Assembly: GCA_017519885.1 (NCBI GenBank)
Contig: JAFWRO010000012.1
Span: 133,175 to 197,174 of the forward strand
Reading direction: 5' to 3'
Origin: Bacteroidales bacterium
GTDB taxonomy: Bacteria > Bacteroidota > Bacteroidia > Bacteroidales > UBA3663
DNA length: 64,000 nucleotides
Shown here: positions 57,886-64,000 of the stretch, piece after piece
Position numbering within the stretch: position 1 is the stretch's first letter
How the letters are laid out: each line of letters begins with the position of its first letter
The notes under the pieces: model-generated
The model's input: the letters and a program-made list of their open reading frames with translations, nothing else
Database searches by the model: none
Told to the model about the DNA's origin: nothing
Made by a program: the position numbers and the translations under genes

Positions 57886-58368
57886 TTAGCGCAGACGCTC
57901 AAGGCTCTTGATGAGCGCGATGTCGAAGATCACGCCGCGAGCAGCCATAATCAAGGCGAAAATGCTGACGGCAGGCATCACAAGCATCATAATGTTGTAG
58001 TGCACATCCACCACGCCACCCTGCGAGAGGGCAGCCACATCACCCTTCAGACGATAGCACTCCCAAAAGAAGAGGCCGTAATAGAGCACGTTGAGTATGA
58101 TCGTATAGATCAGCACACGCAGCTGCAACTTGCGATTCTTGTAGAGGAAGATGTTGATGAGCGGCAGGGCCACCATCAGGAGCAGCACGATGAAAAGTTC
58201 CCACACCATACGATCGGTCTCGAAACCCTTTGTTTGGCACACCAGGCCCAGCGAATTCAATTCGAAAGTGGCCTCTGGTATTGCAAACGATGCCAGCCAG
58301 AAGAAGTGCATCGTAAGGATGGCAATCACACTGGCCAGCATATAGACGGTCTGTACGCGCTGTATCAT
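57886..58368 (-). CDS. DUF4293 membrane protein
   Basis: The N-terminus is MIQRVQTVYMLASVI. It has four or five TM helices and occupies the usual Bacteroidetes position downstream of rpoZ. Confidence 0.7.
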   Translation of the reverse strand: MIQRVQTVYMLASVIAILTMHFFWLASFAIPEATFELNSLGLVCQTKGFETDRMVWELFIVLLLMVALPLINIFLYKNRKLQLRVLIYTIILNVLYYGLFFWECYRLKGDVAALSQGGVVDVHYNIMMLVMPAVSIFALIMAARGVIFDIALIKSLERLR

Positions 58369-58372
58369 AGTT

Positions 58373-58723
58373 TTAGAAACGCTGTGAGCCCAGCGGCTGT
58401 TCGTCCTTGTTCTGGTTCAGGCGCCAATAGACGTTGCCATCCGAATACTCCTGGGTTGCGATGAGCGTTGGTTTTGGCAGCTTCTCGTAGTAGCGGCTGA
58501 TCTCAATCTGCTCACGGTTCTCGAACACCTCATCGAGGTTATCCGTATTGGTAGCAAACTCCTGGAGCTTCTTGTCCAGATCGTGCTTCATTTCGCTGGC
58601 AATCTGGTTGGCACGACGAGCGATGATCTCGACGGTTTCGTAGATGTTGCCGGTATCCTCGCACAGGGCGATGATGTCACGCGTCACAGTGTTGCTTGGC
58701 GCATTGGTCTTCTTATAATCCAT
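58373..58723 (-). CDS. rpoZ: DNA-directed RNA polymerase subunit omega (Bacteroidetes type)
   Basis: The 116-aa ORF carries NIYETVEIIARRANQI and lies between bamD and the DUF4293 gene. Confidence 0.8.
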   Translation of the reverse strand: MDYKKTNAPSNTVTRDIIALCEDTGNIYETVEIIARRANQIASEMKHDLDKKLQEFATNTDNLDEVFENREQIEISRYYEKLPKPTLIATQEYSDGNVYWRLNQNKDEQPLGSQRF

Positions 58724-58822
58724 TTATTCCGTTTTTATTTATTGGTTTCTAAATTATCTATTTCTCTCTTCTTCTCTTTCTTTATCCCGAAATCCCGATA
58801 TTCCGAAATCCCGAAAAGAACC

Positions 58823-59641
58823 TCAGTCAATGTAAGCCGCGAGCTTTTTCTGGATTCGCTCGTTGAGCCTGTTCACCTCTTTCGAATATTTCCCCTCGGG
58901 ATAATCGTTGATGAAGGTGTAGTACTCGTCCGAAGCTTCACGCAGACGATCCTCGGCCTTTTCGTCAACCGAATTCATGGCAGCCTCATAGCGTGCACGG
59001 AAGATGATGTAGGCCAAATCCTCGCGATACTTGCTGTAGGGATATTCGTTCTGGGCGTTGCGTGCCGTGATTACGGCCGACTCGTAGTTATTGCCCATGT
59101 AACTGCCAAGGTTCAGATAGAGCTTAGCGCTCAAGTACTCCTTGTAGCAGAGTTTGTCGGTCAGTTCCAAGCGCATGATGGCAGCGCTATCGGCCAGCGA
59201 ACTGTGCGGATAGACATCGACAAACGAGTCAATCTCTTTGATGGCACGGCGGGTGATCTCCTGGTCCAAGCGAGCGTCGGGCGAATCCTTATAGTCTCCG
59301 TATGCCACATTGAAACGCGATTCCATCGCATGCTTGCCTCTTGGGTAGTTGTTGGCATAACGCACGAAATATTCTCCAGCCGAAAGGTAATCCTTCTGAT
59401 TGAAATAGCTCATCGCCAGCAGCCAAAGGGCATTCTCAGCCTCCTCAGTGCCACGATAGATTGGGACCACATCTGACAGCAATGTTGCAGCCTTGGCATA
59501 TTTACCCTGCTCGTAATAGATCTTGGCGTAGTCGTATTTCTCGTCAGGGTCATTGCTCTTCAGCAATCGGTTGTATTCACCACAGGAGCAGAGTGCAACC
59601 ATGCTGAAAGCCAGATATAAAACGATATGATTGATTCTCAT
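58823..59641 (-). CDS. bamD: Outer membrane protein assembly factor BamD (TPR lipoprotein)
   Basis: ORF trimmed to the ATG at 59639-59641. The lipobox is MVALCSCG, followed by TPR repeats. A minus-strand TAtaTTTG box lies at 59668-59675. Confidence 0.85.
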   Translation of the reverse strand: MRINHIVLYLAFSMVALCSCGEYNRLLKSNDPDEKYDYAKIYYEQGKYAKAATLLSDVVPIYRGTEEAENALWLLAMSYFNQKDYLSAGEYFVRYANNYPRGKHAMESRFNVAYGDYKDSPDARLDQEITRRAIKEIDSFVDVYPHSSLADSAAIMRLELTDKLCYKEYLSAKLYLNLGSYMGNNYESAVITARNAQNEYPYSKYREDLAYIIFRARYEAAMNSVDEKAEDRLREASDEYYTFINDYPEGKYSKEVNRLNERIQKKLAAYID

Positions 59642-59760
59642 TTTGCGATAGTTATCGAATTTGGCCGCAAATATAGTCATTTTCCGCAACATGGCCAAAT
59701 ATTTTAAGCATTACTTCACATTTCGCCCAGTTATTTTTACTATTTTAATAATAGACATAG

Positions 59761-59794
59761 CAATAAAAGCACTCTGCCGAACCCGACAGAGTGC
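59761..59794 (-). terminator. Intrinsic terminator of the 31-codon mini-gene
   Basis: The minus-strand hairpin GCACUCUG-U-CG-GGUU-CG-G-CAGAGUGC is followed by UUUUAUUG. Confidence 0.75.
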
Positions 59795-59839
59795 CTTACA
59801 CACACATATATTATTAACTAAACCAAACTTTCCTTGAAG

Positions 59840-59935
59840 TCACAATGCACGATGATGATTCTCAATAATCATGGCACCAATTCTCAGCGCGATAGAAAAG
59901 AGAATTGCGGTAGTGAAGAATGCGATAGCGATCAT
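59840..59935 (-). CDS. Candidate small hydrophobic protein, 31 aa
   Basis: Hand translation gives MIAIAFFTTAILFSIALRIGAMIIENHHRAL*. The ORF is below the track size cutoff. It has its own TAtcTTTG box (60009-60016) ~75 nt upstream and its own terminator (59761-59794). Confidence 0.45.
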   Translation of the reverse strand: MIAIAFFTTAILFSIALRIGAMIIENHHRAL

Positions 59936-60008
59936 AGTGGTATATTTTTTGTTTGTTATTATTATTGTTAGTGGTCACTTGACTTGTGAATTATTTTTTT
60001 TCACAGTG

Positions 60009-60016
60009 CAAAGATA
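60009..60016 (-). promoter_or_regulatory. -7 box TAtcTTTG (minus strand)
   Basis: The plus strand reads gtgCAAAGATAggg. Confidence 0.6.
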
Positions 60017-60155
60017 GGGCATATTTCGCAAGTCAGCAAACTTTTTCTCCACATTTTAATCATTACATAGCGTCAGGGTTGTTAATCCGCGACAACCCTT
60101 GCCACCCCCTTCCGAATCTGTCGCCCCGATGTGGGGAAAAAACAAAAAAATCGCA

Positions 60156-60606
60156 GCAAGCATCGTGTCGCGCGTCAGAGTGTTCTATTCTATGGGAGAA
60201 AGCATTGTGTCGCGCGTCAGAGTGCGCTATCCTGCGGGAGCAAGCATTACATCGGCCGTCAGCGTGCTCTATCCTACGGGAGCAAGCATCGTGTCGCGCG
60301 TCAGCGTGCTCTATCCTGTGGCAGCAAGCATCGTGTCGCGCGTCAGAGTGCTCCTTCCTGTGGGGGCAAGCATCCTGTCGCGCGTCAGAGTACTTTATCC
60401 AATCGGAGCAAGCATCCTGTCGCGCGTCAGAGTACTCTATCCAATCGGAGCAAGCATCCTGTCGCGCGTCAGAGTACTCCATCCCGTAGCATCAAGCATC
60501 ATGTCGCCCATCAGAGTGCTCCATCCAATCGCAGCAAGCATCATGTCGCGCGTCAGAGTACTCTATCCGCTCGCATCAAGCATCATGTCGGCCGTCAGAG
60601 TGCTTT
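60156..60606. repeat. Tandem array B: ~10.7 units of exactly 42 bp, from a different sequence family than arrays A and C
   Basis: Units start at 60156, 60198, ... 60576 with no indels. The consensus is GCAAGCATCGTGTCGCGCGTCAGAGTGCTCTATCCTGTGGCA. The array is flanked by A-rich direct repeats, GAAAAAACAAAAAAA (60136-60150) and GAAAAACAAAAAAG (60615-60628). Confidence 0.9.
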
Positions 60607-60700
60607 TAGACATAGAAAAACAAAAAAGCATGATGATGATAGTCTTTCCGACATAGGATAATCACTGCACCTAAATACCGAAAAACAATTTCCCACCATC

Positions 60701-61162
60701 GCATGTCCCCCAACGAACCTTAGCAGACATCTTCCAATCGCCGCATGTCCCCCAGCGAACATTAGCGGACATTCTCCAATCGCTGCATGTCCTCCAGCAA
60801 CCCTTAGCGGACATCTGCCCATCGCCGCATGTCCTTCAGCGAACATTAGCGGATATCCTCTCATCGCCGCATGTCCTTCAGCGAACATTAGAGGACATCC
60901 TTCCATCGTTGCATGTCCTTCAGTGAACGTTAGCGGACATCCTTCCATCACCGCACGTCCTCATGCGAACGTTAACGGACATCTGCTCATCGCCGCATGT
61001 CCCCTAACGAACGTTAGCGGACATCATCCTTTCGTCGCATATCCTTCAGCGAACGTTAGGGGACTTGCCGCTGCCGTAGCATATCCTTCAGTGAACGTTA
61101 GCGGATATGCTTCTATCGAACCATGTCTTCCAACAAATGTTGAAGGACATGCGCGCCTTCGA
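60701..61162. repeat. Tandem array C: 11 units of exactly 42 bp, homologous to array A; each unit is a hairpin and the last unit is an extended hairpin abutting a stop codon
   Basis: Units start at 60701, 60743, ... 61121 with no indels. The consensus is GCATGTCCTTCAGCGAACGTTAGCGGACATCCTTCCATCGCC with an ATGTCC/GGACAT inverted repeat. The terminal hairpin (61122-61151) lies 14 nt after the minus-strand stop at 61165-61167. Confidence 0.9.
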
Positions 61163-61164
61163 TT

Positions 61165-62109
61165 TCAACGGATAGAGGGAGAAAGGACTGATTCTTCTAT
61201 GATTCGATATTTCCTCAGTTCGTGTATCAGGTCGCGCGTGAACTCGTCGGCGCCACGAGCATTCAGGTGCGAGCCGTCGTAGAAGAACTCGTTGCGATGC
61301 ACATACTTCGCGCTATCTGTGAAGTCGAGGAACGGACAACCGTACCTGCAGGCAAGGTCACGGATGGGCTCCGTCCCCGAATCGCGGAAGCCGTACCACG
61401 TGGGGGAATAAACGAAGACGAACCTCGTGTCTTCAGCTTCCCGTATCATATCTTCGAAATACCTCAGCTTCAAGCTGTCGGTCAGCAGCTCTTCTTCGGA
61501 AGCCTTCTCGTTCAGCTGTTTTTCGTCCCTGATCCTGAGCGTGTCCAGCTCGCTGTGGACGGGAAGGAAGCCGAGAGTCATATTGTGCACGGGATGCAGG
61601 TAGTCCAGCAGAACCTGATGGAACCGCGAGTTGTAGCGGTAGAGCATGCTCAGCATCCTGTACCTTTCGCATGGGTCTATCTCGTCGAACTCCCTTCTGA
61701 CAACCTCGTCATCGTAATGTCCCTTCAGCCAGCCCAGATGCTTCGTGTTGTCACCCTGCAGGACATCGTAGGCGGGCGTCACCTCATAGATGACGAGGCG
61801 CGGCTGGTAGCGCCGCCTGATCATTTCCCACCATGCGCGGTAAAGGACGATGCCCTCGCCGTCCTGCCCGCAGTTGTAGCACGACAGGCCGAGGGAGTCC
61901 GCAATCAGCGCGGCATTGTAGTGATGGATGGCGCGGGAGGAACCGAATACGAGTATGTCGTCCGTCGATCGGTTGACGATGTAGTTCTGGTGGCCGAGAT
62001 AGCCGCCCGATGCGTGGTCCGACATATAGGAGAACAAGGTGCCGAGCCCCCTGTCCAGCAGGACTACTAACAGGAAGAACAGGCCCGTCTTGAATAGAAA
62101 ACGTCTCAT
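61165..62109 (-). CDS. SGNH/DltD/AlgJ-like putative O-acetyltransferase partner protein (N-terminal membrane anchor)
   Basis: The 314-aa ORF has a TM anchor (FKTGLFFLLVVLL), VFGSSR (a GDS-like block) and a C-terminal DGSHLN block. Its start lies 3 nt after the MBOAT stop. Confidence 0.55.
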   Translation of the reverse strand: MRRFLFKTGLFFLLVVLLDRGLGTLFSYMSDHASGGYLGHQNYIVNRSTDDILVFGSSRAIHHYNAALIADSLGLSCYNCGQDGEGIVLYRAWWEMIRRRYQPRLVIYEVTPAYDVLQGDNTKHLGWLKGHYDDEVVRREFDEIDPCERYRMLSMLYRYNSRFHQVLLDYLHPVHNMTLGFLPVHSELDTLRIRDEKQLNEKASEEELLTDSLKLRYFEDMIREAEDTRFVFVYSPTWYGFRDSGTEPIRDLACRYGCPFLDFTDSAKYVHRNEFFYDGSHLNARGADEFTRDLIHELRKYRIIEESVLSPSIR

Positions 62110-62112
62110 GTC

Positions 62113-63528
62113 CTAGAAGTTTGCATAGATGAACTGGTCCGAACTGAATACTCCGCAGAGGAGGATGAGGACGAGGACGGCAAGATAGGATGCCCATCTG
62201 ACAACCCTTCGGCCGCTGTGGAAGGGATGACGCGCTTCGCCAAAAGCCTCCTCCACCGTATCCTTCACCACCATTGTGCCCACGGCCAGCAGCATGTACA
62301 GCGTGGCTGTCCCGCCCGGCGAATAGACGGTCTTCGGGAGCGACGTGTCAAGGATCCTTGCTACTACATTGCAGGCATCGCCCATGGTAGGCATGCGGAA
62401 GAAGATCCAGGCGAAGGTGACAAGCAGGAAGGTGACGGCGGTCTTGACGGTCCTGCCGAGCCATCCGTAACTGCATTTCTGCTGGCCCAGCATCTTCTCG
62501 ATGACCTGGCTGATGCCGTGCAGCAGTCCCCAAGCGATGAAGGTCCAGCTGGCGCCGTGCCAGATGCCGCTGACGAGGAACGTCACGAGGATGTTCCAAT
62601 AGCAGCGGAGCTTCGCGCATCGGCTGCCTCCGAGCGGGATGTAGATGCAGTCCCTGAGCCAGGTGGAGAGCGAGATGTGCCAGCGGTGCCAGAAGTCGGT
62701 GACGCTGACGGCGAAATAGGGGCGGCGGAAGTTCTCGGCCAGCTCGATGCCCAGCACCTTTCCTACGCCGATGGCCATCAGCGAATAGCCCGCGAAGTCG
62801 GCATAGATCTGGATGCTGTAGAGCAGGCTGGCCACGAGGCACGTCATACCCGTGTAGTTCACATAGCTTGAAAGAACGGTATCAACATACAACGCCACGC
62901 GGTCGGCCACAACCACCTTCAGGAACATGCCCCACAGCAGCATCCTCAGTCCCTCGACGGCCTTCGCGTAGTCAAGGCAGGGGCGAAGGCGCTTCAGCTG
63001 CGGGATGACGAGCGAGGCCCTGTTGATGGGTCCGGCGAGGATGCAGGGGAAGAACGAGACGAAGAGGGCATAGGTCAGGAAGTCGCGCTCGGCCTCCTGC
63101 TGTCCGTAGTACACATCCCGCAGGTAGCCCAGCGCCTGCAGCGTGAAGAACGAGATGCCGATGGGGATGACCCAGTTCAGTCCCGACAACTGGAACTGCA
63201 GGCCGGCCGCAGCAAGAATCTGGCTGATGGTCTCGCCCGCGAAGCCGAGATACTTGAAGAGGAACAGGGGCAGAAGCGTCAGCACCACACCGGCTGCGAG
63301 CATCCGCTTCGGATGCCTTGTCTTTTCGAGAAGCAGGGCAGCAAGCCAGGTCACTGCCGTCACACCCAGCAGTACCAGCGCATAGGCGGGCTTCCACTGC
63401 ACGTAGAGCAGATAGCTCACGGCGAGAAGGAACAGGTTCCTCGCCCTGCCGTGGCCTGCGGGTATCGCATAGTAGAGCAGGAAGATGAACGGGAACAGTA
63501 CGATGAAGTTGAACGAGTTGAAGATCAT
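62113..63528 (-). CDS. MBOAT-family membrane-bound O-acyltransferase (AlgI/DltB/PatA-like)
   Basis: The 471-aa polytopic protein carries the conserved FWHRWHISLSTWLRDCIYIPLGGSR and the catalytic His context SGIWHGASW. Confidence 0.88.
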   Translation of the reverse strand: MIFNSFNFIVLFPFIFLLYYAIPAGHGRARNLFLLAVSYLLYVQWKPAYALVLLGVTAVTWLAALLLEKTRHPKRMLAAGVVLTLLPLFLFKYLGFAGETISQILAAAGLQFQLSGLNWVIPIGISFFTLQALGYLRDVYYGQQEAERDFLTYALFVSFFPCILAGPINRASLVIPQLKRLRPCLDYAKAVEGLRMLLWGMFLKVVVADRVALYVDTVLSSYVNYTGMTCLVASLLYSIQIYADFAGYSLMAIGVGKVLGIELAENFRRPYFAVSVTDFWHRWHISLSTWLRDCIYIPLGGSRCAKLRCYWNILVTFLVSGIWHGASWTFIAWGLLHGISQVIEKMLGQQKCSYGWLGRTVKTAVTFLLVTFAWIFFRMPTMGDACNVVARILDTSLPKTVYSPGGTATLYMLLAVGTMVVKDTVEEAFGEARHPFHSGRRVVRWASYLAVLVLILLCGVFSSDQFIYANF

Positions 63529-63609
63529 GGGCCAAGTTCTTTATTGCTGCATTGTCTACTTATTACTGCATTGTCTGACAAATGCGGGTTCGTGAATCAT
63601 TTGACATTG

Positions 63610-64000
63610 TCACTTGCCCATGATTTTCCTGTACCTTCCATCCGCATCGCGCACCAGCCTGATTCCGTGCATCCCCTTGCCTGCTGGCATGCCATAGATG
63701 TTGTAGCTTTGCTGGGGTGCTGCACTTCCGTCGATGACCACATGCTGTATGCCGTCCTCAGGGACTATGGGGATATTTTCGAAAGCTATTGAATCGCAGA
63801 TTCCCACCTCTTCCTCCAACCGTATGCTGACCTCCGCATGTTTATAGTTGAACGTCTCCGTCCTGCCTCCGGGATAGCTGACTGTCATCCTCCAGCCGAC
63901 GGCTGGGTTCCGGCTGTCGAGACGTAGAGGCCGACCTGTCCAGGTGTAGCCGTCGAAGTGGTCCTGTGTCAGCCCGACACCGTTGATGAGGATGGAGTTC
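63610..64000 (-). CDS. C-terminal part of a secreted protein with a T9SS-type C-terminal sorting domain; the gene continues past the right edge
   Basis: Hand translation shows the frame is open from 64000 down to the stop at 63610 (..NSILINGVGLTQDHFDGYTWTGRPLRLDSRNPAVGWRMTVSYPGG..). The tail YNIYGMPAGKGMHGIRLVRDADGRYRKIMGK resembles a T9SS CTD (G-x-Y-I-V-R...K-V-x-K pattern). Confidence 0.5.
   Translation of the reverse strand, partial: NSILINGVGLTQDHFDGYTWTGRPLRLDSRNPAVGWRMTVSYPGGRTETFNYKHAEVSIRLEEEVGICDSIAFENIPIVPEDGIQHVVIDGSAAPQQSYNIYGMPAGKGMHGIRLVRDADGRYRKIMGK

Noticed and set aside
60156-61162. Arrays A, B and C as CRISPR arrays
   Set aside because: There are no unique spacers. The entire 42-bp period is repeated, which makes these arrays contiguous tandem repeats. 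There are no cas genes in the window, and the period is shorter than any repeat-plus-spacer unit.
59986-61282. ORFs across arrays B and C (59986..60489, 60099..60656, 60131..60661, 60063..60482 -, 60595..60951 -, 60923..61282). This includes the observation that the minus frame of array C is in phase with the SGNH-like gene.
   Set aside because: Multiple frames are open simultaneously here as well. Continuing the SGNH frame past its TGA (61165-61167) meets two more in-frame stops (61024-61026, 60961-60963), so neither read-through nor a recent C-terminal repeat domain is supported. A/C similarity at the peptide level (about 7 of 14) is no better than at the nucleotide level (about 25 of 42), so there is no sign of coding constraint.
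61165-64000. Calling the MBOAT region a horizontally acquired island on the basis of GC content
   Set aside because: By eye, its GC content and codon style are not clearly different from core genes such as leuS. Without computed statistics the claim cannot be supported.

Overview
This window looks like a chromosomal segment of a Bacteroidales genome, probably Prevotella/Segatella-like. That assignment is an inference from three things: Bacteroidetes-type TAnnTTTG -7 promoter boxes in front of many genes, Bacteroidetes-specific gene families (DUF3078, DUF4293, BamD-RpoZ neighbourhood, a T9SS-type C-terminal tail), and the absence of Shine-Dalgarno spacing. The window is densely packed with about 50 genes. 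Most are housekeeping: dnaB, htrA, leuS, asnS, rluB, purB, plsC, fucO, ligA, rimM, prmA, uvrD/pcrA, tig, gyrB, rpsT, recO, rpoZ and bamD. It also holds a Na+-pumping oxaloacetate decarboxylase operon, carboxynorspermidine dehydrogenase, and a small glycan-degradation cluster (beta-helix protein, GH78-like, GH2, GH3-beta-lactamase fusion). One clear RNA gene is present, RNase P RNA at 6521-6898. I saw no tRNA, rRNA, CRISPR array, IS element or integrase. The most unusual content is non-coding. (1) There are three tandem arrays with exactly the same 42-bp period and no indels (29928-30347, 60156-60606, 60701-61162). Two of them, 30 kb apart, are homologous, are built of hairpin units, and each begins as a perfected hairpin just downstream of the stop codon of a minus-strand gene. 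(2) A roughly 145-nt strongly structured candidate sRNA with its own promoter and terminator lies at 1312-1454. (3) A 144-nt multi-helix element sits in the long 5' leader of rpsT. (4) A 31-codon hydrophobic mini-gene has its own promoter and terminator. On the protein side, three things stand out: a secreted protein with an extreme Trp/Tyr-rich block and a poly-Gly/Ser tail, paired with a FadL-like barrel; an RluB with a roughly 295-aa RGG/YQ low-complexity N-terminus; and a LemA-like/membrane-protein pair. All calls come from hand reading of the sequence and the ORF track; no database search was possible.
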